Source: a bacterium
Lineage (GTDB): Bacteria > Desulfobacterota > DSWW01
Direction of reading: 5' to 3'
Assembly: GCA_040756235.1 (NCBI GenBank)
Contig: JBFLZG010000130.1
Span: 32,001 to 96,000 of the forward strand
Length of the DNA stretch: 64,000 nucleotides
Positions 42,530 through 54,949 of the stretch are shown here, one piece after another. Within the stretch, counting starts at the first letter, position 1; every line of letters starts with the position of its first letter. The translations under genes and the position numbers were made by a program. The notes beneath the pieces were generated by a model. It made no database searches. It saw nothing but the letters and a program-made list of their open reading frames with translations, and was not told where the DNA came from.

Positions 42530-43777
42530 TCAGGTGCGGTAGGAGGCGTTCAGGGTCACGTAGGCGTGGCTGAGATCGGTCGTCAGGACCGTGTGGGCCC
42601 CCTTGCCGGCGTGCAGGTCGATGCAGAGCGCGAAACGGTCTTTGCGGAGAATCGGCCTTGCCCGTTCCTCTGCCTTCCGGCCCGCCGAGACGCCCTTGCG
42701 GACGACTGCCCGACCGTCGTAGGAAATGTCCACGAGCCCCGGTCTGAAGGCGGGGCCCGCACATCCCAAGGCCACCATCAGCCGCCCCCAGTTCAGGTCC
42801 TGCCCATAAAAGCTCGTCTTCACGAGGGGCGAGCCGGCCAGCTTGTAGGCAAGCACTCTGGCTTCATGTGCCGACCGGGCTCCCTGGACCCGGATCTCCA
42901 CCAGCTTGGTTGCTCCTTCTCCGTCCTTCACGATCATGCCGGCGAGCTCTTCCATCATCGGGAAGAGGAGCTCGGCGAAGGCGTCGTATGCGCGCGTGCC
43001 GATGGCGGCCGCTCGATGGCCGGCGCGCCCGTTGGCCAGGAGGAGCAGGGTGTCGTTCGTGCTCGCGTCGCCGTCCACGTCGATCCGGTTGAAGGAGCGC
43101 GCCGCGCCCGTCCGGAGCAGCTTCCGGAGCGCTGCCGCGGGGGCGTTCAGGTCGGTCAGGAAGAAGGCGAGCATGGTGGCCATGTTCGGACAGATCATGC
43201 CCGCCCCTTTGGCCATTCCGAAGAGCGTGACCGTCTCGCCTCCGATCACGGACTGTCTCCAGGCGAGCTTGGGGAAGGCATCGGTCGTCCGGATCGCCTC
43301 GGCCGCATCGAGCAGGCCGTCCGCCCGCAGACTGCGGACGAGCGCGGGCAGGGCCTTGCGGATGTTGGCCGCAGGCAGCCTCTCGCCCACCACGCCGGTG
43401 GAGGCGACGAGGAGGCTCTCTTCTTCGATTCCCAGCCTTCCGGCCAGGGCCTGGCTCAGGGCCAGAGCGTCCCGGAGGCCCGGCTCGCCCGTGCAGGCAT
43501 TGGCGTTGCCGCTGTTCACGAGCACCGCCTGGCACAGGCCGCAACGGATCCGGGACCGGCTGATGACGACCGGGGCCGCCTGCACCCGGTTCTGCGTGAA
43601 CAGGCCCGCAACCCGGGCCGGAGGGTCGGCCGTCACCAGGACCAGATCTCTTGCCCCGTTCTTCTTGATGCCTGCGTGAATGCCTGCAGCCCGGAAGCCC
43701 GGGACCAGGATCGAGTCGGGCTTGGGAGCTGCGCCAGGCCCGACGGCGGATTTCCTCTTGTGCTCAGCCACTGTCAT
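42530..43777 (-). CDS. argJ: Glutamate N-acetyltransferase ArgJ
   Basis: [61 protein letters not shown]. Confidence 0.97.
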   Translation of the reverse strand: MTVAEHKRKSAVGPGAAPKPDSILVPGFRAAGIHAGIKKNGARDLVLVTADPPARVAGLFTQNRVQAAPVVISRSRIRCGLCQAVLVNSGNANACTGEPGLRDALALSQALAGRLGIEEESLLVASTGVVGERLPAANIRKALPALVRSLRADGLLDAAEAIRTTDAFPKLAWRQSVIGGETVTLFGMAKGAGMICPNMATMLAFFLTDLNAPAAALRKLLRTGAARSFNRIDVDGDASTNDTLLLLANGRAGHRAAAIGTRAYDAFAELLFPMMEELAGMIVKDGEGATKLVEIRVQGARSAHEARVLAYKLAGSPLVKTSFYGQDLNWGRLMVALGCAGPAFRPGLVDISYDGRAVVRKGVSAGRKAEERARPILRKDRFALCIDLHAGKGAHTVLTTDLSHAYVTLNASYRT

Positions 43778-43789
43778 TTCCCCCTGGAG

Positions 43790-43851
43790 AAGCTGGCGAT
43801 AGACTGTGCTCTGCGGCGTTGCGCTCCCCGGCCTGCGCCGGGGCAGGCTCC
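43790..43851. repeat. Degenerate MITE fragment
   Basis: CTGCGGCGTTGCGCTC and CCCCGGCCTGCGCCGGGGCAGGCTC shared with subtype A. Confidence 0.55.
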
Positions 43852-43863
43852 CCCGGCCCTCCC

Positions 43864-46848
<2,985 letters not shown>

Positions 46849-47062
46849 GCAACAGCCCCTCAGAATGCCTTGCTAAGTAATCGGATAAGCTGAATAAATC
46901 TTATCCCGCCAGGAACGGGCCGTCAACCTCCGCGGCCCGGCCTCGCGGGCCGGCGCAGCCCGCCGGGCAGAGCAGACCGGCGCAGGCGGCCAAGCAGAGC
47001 CCGAGACAGCGACGGGGAAGCGGCCCGCACACGGCACGCCGGCGAGTTCCAGGGGACCTCTG

Positions 47063-47554
47063 TCAGCGGTCCCCCCGACTGCGCTTCAGGTCCGGGCCCG
47101 AGTGGAGATCGATCCAGAGGGACTGCTCCTTGCAGTCCGGAAAATGGATGCAGTGGATGCAATCGGTCCAGATCTTGTGGGGCAGCATGGCCTTGTCGAC
47201 GGGCACGAATCCCAGCTTCTGGAAGAATGCGGTGTTGAACGTGAGCACGAAGACGCGGTCGATCCCGAGCTCCCGCCCCTCCTCGAGGCAGCGGCCGACG
47301 AGCTGGCGGCCGATTCCTCTCCGGCGAGCTTCGTCCCGGACAAAGAGAGACCGGATCTCTCCCAGGCTTTCCCACGTGGGGTGGAGCGCGCAGAACCCGA
47401 TGATCCGGTCTTCCCCCTCCTCGCAGACCTGAAAGTCCCGGATGGAGTCGTAGAGCTCGCTCAAGGAGCGGGGCAGCAGCTCGCCCTTGCGGGCCGACCC
47501 CTCCAGCATCTTTTGAATCCTGTGGACCTCGGCCATCCTGGCCTTACGGATCAT
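47063..47554 (-). CDS. GNAT N-acetyltransferase, short ArgA-like
   Basis: MIRKA, LLPRSLSELY..IRDF, EIRSL, FFQKLGF, LPHKIWTDC..C..FPDC. Confidence 0.9.
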   Translation of the reverse strand: MIRKARMAEVHRIQKMLEGSARKGELLPRSLSELYDSIRDFQVCEEGEDRIIGFCALHPTWESLGEIRSLFVRDEARRRGIGRQLVGRCLEEGRELGIDRVFVLTFNTAFFQKLGFVPVDKAMLPHKIWTDCIHCIHFPDCKEQSLWIDLHSGPDLKRSRGDR

Positions 47555-47579
47555 ATCGCGGCTCCTTGCCTGCTACGCC

Positions 47580-47814
47580 AGAGGCTGTCCCAAAACGCCC
47601 ATCTGCGGCGTTGCGCTCATCGCGTAAGGAGGCGCGTGGAGCCTGCCCCGGCGCAGGCCGGGGTCTCGTGTGGCCCCAGTTACGCCTCGTTCCTCAGGAT
47701 TTGTCCTCCCAAGGGTCGGACACCCCATCCTTCGGATGGGTCCCCATTTTCGTGCGCCTTGCATCCGGGCATTTTTGCACAGCCTCTGAAATCGAGCCTG
47801 TTGGGACAGGCTCT
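47580..47814. mobile_element. MITE-like repeat, subtype A long variant with outer palindrome
   Basis: AGAGGCTGTCCCAAAACGCCCATCTGC ... GCATCCGGGCATTTTTGCACAGCCTCT (47787), then GAGCCTGTTGGGACAGGCTC. Confidence 0.78.
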
Positions 47815-49526
47815 ACGCTGGCTCCTCGCTCCAGCATCTCCCGGGCGTGGGCGTAAGTCTTCCGGGTCATTTGGATGCCGCCCAGCATGCGGGCGATCTC
47901 TTCCTCCCGCTCTTTCTGGTCGAGCGGCTGGATGTGAAAGGAAGTCCGGTCCCTGGCGGTCTGCTTGGAGACCTTGAAATGCCGGTCTGCAAAGACGGCG
48001 ATCTGCGGGAGGTGCGTGATGCAGAGAATCTGGAAATGGCGGCTCAACGCTTTCAGGCGCGACCCGACCGCCTCGGCTTCGGCGCCGCCGATGCCTGCGT
48101 CCACCTCGTCAAAGACCAGCGTCGGCAGAGGGTCGAACCGGTGCAAGGCGTTCCTGAGGGCCAGCATGAGCCTGGACAGCTCGCCCCCGGAGGCGATCCG
48201 CTGGAGAGGCTTGAACGGCTGGCCGGGGTTGGTCCGGATGACGAACTCGATCTGGTCCAGCCCGTGGGGGGAGAGCCTCTCTCCTTGCAAGCGGAGCTGC
48301 TCTTCGCCTCCGGTGGTCGCCTCGGCGGACAGGGGGCGGAAATCCACGTGGAAGTCGACCTCCTTCATGCCGATGGCCCGAAGCTCCCGTTTCACTTCCG
48401 CCTCCATGGCCCTGGCCGTCTTCTTGCGCTCCGCCGAGAGGTTGCCGGCGGCTTTCAGCAGGGCCCCCTCCAGGCTGCGGATCCCTTCCGCCAGCGCCTT
48501 GCGCTCTCCTTCGAACTCTTCCAGCCGCTGGACCCTGGCGCGAAGGTCCTCGGCCAGGGCGAGCATTTCGTCGATCGAGGCCCGGTACTTTCTCTTGAGT
48601 TGATAGAGCAGAGACAATCTCTCCTCGATCTGGTCCAGACGGAGCGGGTCGCCGTCCAGGCTCGACAGGTACTGCCGGAGGTTCTGAGAGGCCTCTTCCA
48701 GGCAGGGAATCGCCGTATCCAGGAGATCCGCGACAGAGGAGAGCTGGGGATCGACCTGCACCGCCTCCTGCATGCGCTTGCGCACCCGGCCGAGGCGGTC
48801 CGCCACGGAGTCCGCGCCGCTGTAGAGCGCGGCTTCCGATTCCACGCAGGCCTCCTGCAGCCTTCCCGCGTGGACGAGCTTGCGGCGCTCCTGCTCCAGC
48901 TCTTCTTCCTCGCCCGGCCGCAGCTGCGCCCGGGCGATCTCCCGGAGCTGGAGCTCGGCCAGGTCCCGCTCCGCCAGGCTGCGCCTGTTCTCCTCTTCCC
49001 GCTCGGCCAGCGCTTTCCGCGCGGCGCACAGCCTGCGGACGAGCTCCGCCACCTGCTGCTGGAGCGCGAGCAGGCCTCCGAACTGGTCCACCAGCTCGCG
49101 GTGCCGCTGGATGCGCAGGAGGGACTGATGCTCGTGCTGGCCGTGAATGTCGACCAGGCGCTGCCCGAGCGATTCCAGGAAAGTGACCGTCGAAGGGCGG
49201 TCGTTCACGTGGATGCGGCTCTTCCCTGCCCGCGTGATCGAGCGCCGGATCACGAGCAGGTCTTCGAGCGGATAGCCCGCTTCCTGGAGCAGCCCCCGGA
49301 CCCCGGGGATCTGGTCCGTCTCGAAGGCGGCCTCCACCTGCGCCTCCTCGGCGCCCGCGCAGATCCACTCCGCCCGCGCCCGCTCGCCCAGGGCCAGCTC
49401 GAGGGCCCCGACCAGCAGGCTCTTGCCCGCGCCCGTCTCGCCGGTCAGCACGCTGAAGCCGGGGCCGAGCTCGATCCGCGCCTGCTCGATGATGGCCAGG
49501 TTCCTGATGAACAGCTCACGCAGCAT
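47694..49526 (-). CDS. recN: DNA repair protein RecN
   Basis: LTGETGAGKS, DIHGQHEHQ, ASGGELSR, FDEVDAGIGG, ITHLPQIA, EEIARMLGG; stop lies inside the repeat. Confidence 0.97.
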   Translation of the reverse strand: MLRELFIRNLAIIEQARIELGPGFSVLTGETGAGKSLLVGALELALGERARAEWICAGAEEAQVEAAFETDQIPGVRGLLQEAGYPLEDLLVIRRSITRAGKSRIHVNDRPSTVTFLESLGQRLVDIHGQHEHQSLLRIQRHRELVDQFGGLLALQQQVAELVRRLCAARKALAEREEENRRSLAERDLAELQLREIARAQLRPGEEEELEQERRKLVHAGRLQEACVESEAALYSGADSVADRLGRVRKRMQEAVQVDPQLSSVADLLDTAIPCLEEASQNLRQYLSSLDGDPLRLDQIEERLSLLYQLKRKYRASIDEMLALAEDLRARVQRLEEFEGERKALAEGIRSLEGALLKAAGNLSAERKKTARAMEAEVKRELRAIGMKEVDFHVDFRPLSAEATTGGEEQLRLQGERLSPHGLDQIEFVIRTNPGQPFKPLQRIASGGELSRLMLALRNALHRFDPLPTLVFDEVDAGIGGAEAEAVGSRLKALSRHFQILCITHLPQIAVFADRHFKVSKQTARDRTSFHIQPLDQKEREEEIARMLGGIQMTRKTYAHAREMLERGASVEPVPTGSISEAVQKCPDARRTKMGTHPKDGVSDPWEDKS

Positions 49527-49545
49527 CCGGAAGGACCCTACCTCG

Positions 49546-50403
49546 CTACCGTTCGCCCCATTTCAGCTTGGTCCGGAGGACCTCAAAATAGCTCTTGAAC
49601 GGGGACCTGATGATGGGCACCGTATGCTCCGACCGCCCGACCGTGGCGGTGTCGCCTTCCAGGAACGTGAAGCCGACCTGGCCGTCCAGAGTGAGAAAGA
49701 CGTCCCGGTGTTGGGAGCGCAATGTCACCCGGATCGTGGACTCCACGGGCAGGATGATGGGCCGATTGGTCAGCGTGTGCGGGCAGATCGGCGTGAGCAG
49801 GATCGAGGCCAGGGAAGGGTAGATGATCGGTCCCCCTGCCGACAGGGAGTAGGCGGTCGAGCCGGTGGGGGTGGAGACGATGAGCCCGTCCGCCTGGAAG
49901 GTGGTCAGGTAGACGCCGTCCACCATGACTTCCAGCGCGAAGATCCGCGCCAGAGCGCTCTTGTTGAAGACGACGTCGTTCAAGACCGAGTGTTCTGCGA
50001 TGCACTCGCCCGCGCGATGGATCCGCGCCTTCAGCATCATCCTGTGGTCGACGAGGTATTCACCGGCGAGGATCCGCTCCAGGGCCGGGTAGAGCTGCTC
50101 CAGGGCCACCTCGGTGAGGAACCCGAGTCCCCCCAGATTCACCCCCAGGATCGGCACGTCCCGGCCTCCGATCGTGCGCGCCACACTGAGGAGGGTGCCG
50201 TCCCCGCCCAGGACGATCAACATTTCCGTCTGGGCGGCCAGCTCGACCAGGGGAAGACGCGCCGCATGCCCGAGCCTCCTGCCGGTCTCGCTTTCCAGGG
50301 CCGGCCGCAGGCCGCGGGTCTGGAGCCAGCGCACAAGGGCGGCCAAGACCTCCGGAAGCTCACCGCCGGTTTTAGACTTGGCAACAATCCCGATTCGTTC
50401 CAT
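49546..50403 (-). CDS. nadK: NAD kinase
   Basis: LGGDGTLL, GVNLGGLGFL, LNDVV, ADGLIVSTPTGSTAYSLSAGGP, LDGQ. Confidence 0.97.
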   Translation of the reverse strand: MERIGIVAKSKTGGELPEVLAALVRWLQTRGLRPALESETGRRLGHAARLPLVELAAQTEMLIVLGGDGTLLSVARTIGGRDVPILGVNLGGLGFLTEVALEQLYPALERILAGEYLVDHRMMLKARIHRAGECIAEHSVLNDVVFNKSALARIFALEVMVDGVYLTTFQADGLIVSTPTGSTAYSLSAGGPIIYPSLASILLTPICPHTLTNRPIILPVESTIRVTLRSQHRDVFLTLDGQVGFTFLEGDTATVGRSEHTVPIIRSPFKSYFEVLRTKLKWGER

Positions 50404-50559
50404 GTGTTCGTAGGTCCGTTCCATGCTCGCGAACGAAAGAAAACGAGTGAGTCAAAGGGCCATGTTCTAAATAACACACCGAACCAGTAGTGTCCATGGA
50501 GCCGGCGGTTGCGGCGCCCCGCGGCTTGCGGTACCCGAGGTTCTGCTCCAAGCGATCTA

Positions 50560-50576
50560 ATCAAGATGCATGCCAA
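50560..50576 (-). promoter_or_regulatory. Possible sigma54 promoter upstream of nadK-recN
   Basis: TTGGCATGCATCTTGAT versus consensus TGGCAC-N5-TTGC (imperfect -12). Confidence 0.35.
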
Positions 50577-50677
50577 ATCCTTTGCCCTCAATTGTAAGCC
50601 CGGGGAAAGCGTGCAAGAATGAGTTTGAGCCCGGGAGTCGGCGTTCCTCAACAGCTTTGGCAGGAAAGAACCTTCCG

Positions 50678-52045
50678 ATGAAGGACGAGACCGGCGATCT
50701 TTTCGAGACCGACCCCGCCCGGCCGCCGGCGGGCGCCGAGAGGAGGCCTTTGGCCGAGCGCATGCGGCCGCAGAACCTCGAGGAGTTCGTGGGGCAGCAG
50801 CACTTGCTCGGCCCCGGCAAGATCCTGCGCAGGGCGCTCGAACAGGGCCGGCTCTTTTCGGCCCTGTTCTGGGGGCCTCCGGGGTGCGGGAAGACGGCTC
50901 TTGCGCTGCTCCTTTCCCGGCGCACCGCCAGCCATTTCGTGGCGTTCTCGGCCGTGCTCTCCGGGGTCAAGGAGATCCGCGAAGTCATCCAGGAGGCGGA
51001 GATCCAATGGAGCCGCCGTCAGAAGAAGACGGTGCTGTTCGTGGACGAGATCCACCGCTTCAACAAGTCCCAGCAGGACGCTTTCCTGCCCCACGTGGAG
51101 AGCGGCCGCCTCGTTCTGATGGGTGCCACGACGGAGAACCCCTCGTTCGAGGTCAACAAGGCCCTTCAGTCCAGGATGAGGCTGCTCGTGCTCTATCCTC
51201 TCTCGGAGGAGGAAATCGGGATCGTCGTTCAGCGGGCCCTAAACGACGCGGACCGCGGCCTCGGCCGGTCCGGGCTGCGGATCGATGCGGCGGCGCTGCA
51301 ACTGCTCTGCAGGGCCTCACAGGGGGATGCGCGGCGCGCCCTGAATACGATCGAGATCGCTGCGGCCCTGGTCCAGGACAGAGTGCCGCACGGCGCCGAG
51401 ATCCGACGGCAGGACGTCGAGGAAGCGCTCCAGGAAAAAGCTCTGATCTACGACAAGAGCGGGGAGGAGCACTACAATCTGATCTCCGCATTCATCAAGA
51501 GCCTCAGAGGGAGCGATCCGGACGCCGCCCTCTATTGGATGACACGCATGCTCGAGGCGGGTGAGGATCCCCTGTTCATCGTGCGCCGCATGGTGATCTT
51601 TGCGTCCGAAGACGTCGGCAACGCCGATCCCGCCGCCCTCTCGGTCGCGGTCGCGGCCAAGGAGGCGGTCCACTTCGTCGGAGTTCCGGAGGCGACTCTC
51701 AACCTGGCGCAGGCCGCAACCTACCTGGCCACGGCGCCCAAGAGCAACGCCTCCTATGTGGCCTACGTGAGTGCCCGAAAAGCGGTGCGCGAGCGCGGCT
51801 CCCTGCCGGTCCCTCTGCACCTGCGGAACGCACCCACCGCATGGATGAAGGAGCAGGGATACGGGAAAGACTACGCCTATCCCCACGATGCTCCGGAGGG
51901 ATACGTTCCCGTGGAGTACCTGCCCGAGGAGTTGACCGGCGAGCAGTTCTATCATCCCGTGGGTCGAGGATACGAGCAGAAGATCCGGGAGCGCCTGGCG
52001 CGCTGGAGAGCTCTGAGGTCAGCCCGAAGAAGCGGGCAGGAGTGA
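50678..52045 (+). CDS. rarA: Replication-associated recombination protein A
   Basis: [62 protein letters not shown]. Confidence 0.97.
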   Translation: MKDETGDLFETDPARPPAGAERRPLAERMRPQNLEEFVGQQHLLGPGKILRRALEQGRLFSALFWGPPGCGKTALALLLSRRTASHFVAFSAVLSGVKEIREVIQEAEIQWSRRQKKTVLFVDEIHRFNKSQQDAFLPHVESGRLVLMGATTENPSFEVNKALQSRMRLLVLYPLSEEEIGIVVQRALNDADRGLGRSGLRIDAAALQLLCRASQGDARRALNTIEIAAALVQDRVPHGAEIRRQDVEEALQEKALIYDKSGEEHYNLISAFIKSLRGSDPDAALYWMTRMLEAGEDPLFIVRRMVIFASEDVGNADPAALSVAVAAKEAVHFVGVPEATLNLAQAATYLATAPKSNASYVAYVSARKAVRERGSLPVPLHLRNAPTAWMKEQGYGKDYAYPHDAPEGYVPVEYLPEELTGEQFYHPVGRGYEQKIRERLARWRALRSARRSGQE

Positions 52046-52052
52046 AGATCTT

Positions 52053-52181
52053 TCAGGTGCCAGGTGTCGGCCATCGGGTTTCAGTTCCTCCCACCCCTCC
52101 AGCCGGCGGGCGCTCTCACGAGGCTTGGTAGTGGCCGGACTTGATTCCGGCGCTGAAACCCGGAACCTGAACCCCAACCTG
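52053..52181. repeat. Inverted heptamer (CAGGTNN) array
   Basis: TCAGGTGCCAGGTGTCGG ... CTGAAACCCGGAACCTGAACCCCAACCTG. Confidence 0.6.
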
Positions 52182-52220
52182 TTGTCCGCACCGTGAGCTC
52201 GGAGGTCCAAAGGACCCGAC

Positions 52221-52646
52221 ATGATCTTCTTCCCTGTCAGCCCGGAGAAGCAGCGGGATCTGGAAGAACGTATGGAGAGACTCGGAATCCGCGACGAGGA
52301 TCTGGAGGAACACTTTGTGCGCTCCTCCGGCAAGGGCGGGCAGAAGGTCAACAAGACCTCGACCTGCGTGTCGTTGCACCACAAGCCGACCGGGGTGATG
52401 GTGAAGTGCCAGCAGACCCGCTCTCAGGCCCTGAACCGTTTCTACGCCAGGAGGAGACTGGTCGAGCACCTGGAGGGCCGGCGCCAGGAGGTGAGAGCCG
52501 AAGAGCAGCGCGAGCGCGACCGGATCCGCAGAGCCAAACAGAGGAGAACGCGCCGGGCCAGAGAGAAGCTGAGAGAGCAGAAAGAACAGCAAGCCGAAAA
52601 GAAGCGGCAGCGTCGCGGGCTGGCCTGGTCGACCGATGGGTACTGA
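52221..52646 (+). CDS. Stand-alone RF-1 domain (GGQ) protein
   Basis: EEHFVRSSGKGGQKVNKTSTCV.L.H.PTG..VKCQQTRSQALNR, then a basic helical tail. Confidence 0.9.
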   Translation: MIFFPVSPEKQRDLEERMERLGIRDEDLEEHFVRSSGKGGQKVNKTSTCVSLHHKPTGVMVKCQQTRSQALNRFYARRRLVEHLEGRRQEVRAEEQRERDRIRRAKQRRTRRAREKLREQKEQQAEKKRQRRGLAWSTDGY

Positions 52647-52964
52647 ATACTTCCTCCAGGCACGGTTGCGGTTTCATCGCGCCATGCGCCGGATTACGGC
52701 GGGAGCGCTAACAGCCTGTGCACCGATCCGAGCACTACGCCCGCAGGCGCTCCTGTCGGGGATGCCGGACCGCCCCATCAGCACCGGCGGTACTTGCCTG
52801 ACGGGTAGTGCCCGCCCGCCTTCTCCTTGCTGTGCCTCGGACATCACAAGCTGTTGCTGTGGTGTTCACCAGCTGTCGCTTGCGTTTGCCTGGAGTTTGT
52901 TCTAATATTTATCAGCTTTCTGTCTGTGCTCGTTATCGCTCACACTGTTATCGGGGAGGTGAAC

Positions 52965-53447
52965 GTGAACAAGAGAGAGCTGGCATCCATCATGGAGCAG
53001 ATGTCGGTCGCGGAGCTGAAGGACCTGGTCGCGAAGAAGGGAAAGCTCGACGAGCTGACCGGCAGGAGGCGCGAGCTGGAGAAGGGCTTGACGGAGGTGG
53101 AGAGGCAGATCGCAGACCTGATCGGATCCAAGGCTCCGGCGCCCAAGGCGACCCGGGCCGCCCGTGCAGGTGCCAGGGCCAGAAGAGCCGCGCCAAAACC
53201 GAGAAAGAGAATCCGTCAGCCTTCGCTCTCTTCGGTCGTGCTGTCCATCCTGAAAGAAAACAAGAAGCCGCTGAAGATCAGCGACATCGCCACGCAAGCT
53301 CTGGAGCAGAAGAAGTACAAGACCCAGGCCAAGAATTTCAAAGGGCAGCTGCGGATCGTTCTGTACAAGAATGAAAAAGGGCTGTTCAAGAAGATGGGCC
53401 CCGGGCTCTTCGCGGCGTCGCCCGCTGCGGCCAAGGCTGAAAAGTAG
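52965..53447 (+). CDS. Basic protein with coiled coil and probable winged-helix DNA-binding domain
   Basis: RBS GGAGG before GTG; heptad N-terminus, K/R/A linker, SLSSVVLSILKENKKPLKISDI...FKKMGPGLF; coding-like codon usage. Confidence 0.8.
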   Translation: MNKRELASIMEQMSVAELKDLVAKKGKLDELTGRRRELEKGLTEVERQIADLIGSKAPAPKATRAARAGARARRAAPKPRKRIRQPSLSSVVLSILKENKKPLKISDIATQALEQKKYKTQAKNFKGQLRIVLYKNEKGLFKKMGPGLFAASPAAAKAEK

Positions 53448-53624
53448 CGATCGCCGTCGGTCCGCATGCTGCTAGTGCTCCAAGCCGGGATGCCCGGAAT
53501 ACAAGCGTCCTCCCCATTCAGGATGCTCCAGCCGTGAGCTTCAGCGCGAAGAAACGCCCGGTTGCCGCTGCCCGTCGTGCGTGAGCCGGGGGTTTGCTTC
53601 GCAGAGCCGCGCAGCCCTTTGGCC

Positions 53625-53671
53625 CCGCTTCGCTCGCGACAGGCCCCGCAGACCGTCTTTTCAATGGCCTG
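53625..53671. repeat. Degenerate MITE subtype B right end
   Basis: GCTTCGCTCGCGACAGGCCCCGCAGACCGTCTTTTCAATGGCCTG abutting the polyprenyl synthetase stop. Confidence 0.5.
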
Positions 53672-54649
53672 TCAGTACTGGCGCTCCACCACGAAGGAAG
53701 CGAGGCTCTGGAGCGCCTCGCGTTCACGGCTTTGCGGCAGGTCGGAGAGGCTTCGGAGCCCCTTCTGCACGTGCAAGCGGGCAGCACGGTGGGTGTCGGC
53801 AAAACCTCCGTATCGCTCGATCAGCTCCCGGGCCCACGGAAACCGCTCCTCTCTCACGGTCGGGGGTTCTCGGAGGGTGTGGAGGAGGTCTTCGCGCTCA
53901 TCGGGACGACACTTGGAAAACGCCAGAATGAGCGGCAGCGTGAACTTCGCCTCGCGGAAGTCGGTGCCCACCTTCTTCCCCAGCAGTTCCTCACGAGCCG
54001 TGTAGTCGAGCAGGTCGTCCATCAACTGGAACGCCATGCCGAGCTCCAGGCCGAAGCAGGCGAACGGATCGGCCCACTCCTTGCGCCTGCTCGAAAGGCC
54101 TCCGATCTGACAGGCCGAGGAGATCAGGCGAGCCGTCTTGCGGTCGATGATGTCTCGATACTGGGCCTCGTCCAGCTCGAGGAGCCCGAGTCGCAGGAAC
54201 TGAAGGAGCTCCCCCTCGGCGATCGCGGACAGGGTCCTGATGACCACCCGCAGGCAGGGGATGCCGCCGGCGTCCAGGACGAGGGAGAAGGCCCGCGAGA
54301 AGTGGAAATTGGCTGCCAGCACCCCTGCCGGGTCGCCCCACAGGGTGTGGGCGGCCGGCCTGCCGCGGCGCACCGTGCCCTGATCGACGATATCGTCGTG
54401 CAGCAGCGTGGCATTGTGAATGAGCTCGATCGAAGCGGCCAGCGGAATCCGCTGCTCGGGTCGGGAGCCGCCCAGGCGGCCGCAAAGGAGCGTCAGGGCG
54501 GGCCGGAAGCGCTTTCCTCCTGCGGACAGAATGTGGGTCCCGACGCGGGTGAGCAGGGGTATCTTGGAAGTGGCCCCGTCCCGGTGCAGCACATTCTCCA
54601 CTTCTTCGAGGTCATCGCGAATGGAATGAAAAACGTCCTGGATCTTCAT
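53672..54649 (-). CDS. Long-chain trans-polyprenyl diphosphate synthase (IspB-like)
   Basis: GGKRFRP, ELIHNATLLHDDIVD..RRG, KTARL, AFQLMDDLLD, TLPLI. Confidence 0.93.
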   Translation of the reverse strand: MKIQDVFHSIRDDLEEVENVLHRDGATSKIPLLTRVGTHILSAGGKRFRPALTLLCGRLGGSRPEQRIPLAASIELIHNATLLHDDIVDQGTVRRGRPAAHTLWGDPAGVLAANFHFSRAFSLVLDAGGIPCLRVVIRTLSAIAEGELLQFLRLGLLELDEAQYRDIIDRKTARLISSACQIGGLSSRRKEWADPFACFGLELGMAFQLMDDLLDYTAREELLGKKVGTDFREAKFTLPLILAFSKCRPDEREDLLHTLREPPTVREERFPWARELIERYGGFADTHRAARLHVQKGLRSLSDLPQSREREALQSLASFVVERQY

Positions 54650-54712
54650 GAATCGGAGAGGTCCTCCAGCCCTTCCCGCGGAAGATGAAAAAGCCAGCCA
54701 GATACCTGTTTT

Positions 54713-54741
54713 ATTAAACCCAAATCGGCCGCTAAGATCAA
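54713..54741 (-). promoter_or_regulatory. Putative sigma70 promoter
   Basis: TTGATC-N17-TTTAAT upstream of the polyprenyl synthetase. Confidence 0.4.
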
Positions 54742-54912
54742 GCCGCGACGGGTCACTTCGCAGACTCTCGCGCATCCGGAGGCGCTCCGGAGAAGGAGCG
54801 GGGAGGGCGTCCGGGTTGTATCCGGGCGTCGACGGCCATGAAGCGGACGCGTGGCCGCGAGGAAACAGGGCATGCCGCGGGAGCGACAAAGGGGAGACAA
54901 AAGGCAAAATGA

Positions 54913-54936
54913 GTAAGGGCGAAAAATTCTCGCCCC
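54913..54936. repeat. REP-like palindrome variant
   Basis: GTAAGGGCGAAAAATTCTCGCCCC resembles the 11640 copy. Confidence 0.45.
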
Positions 54937-54949
54937 CGCAAGGTTCTGC

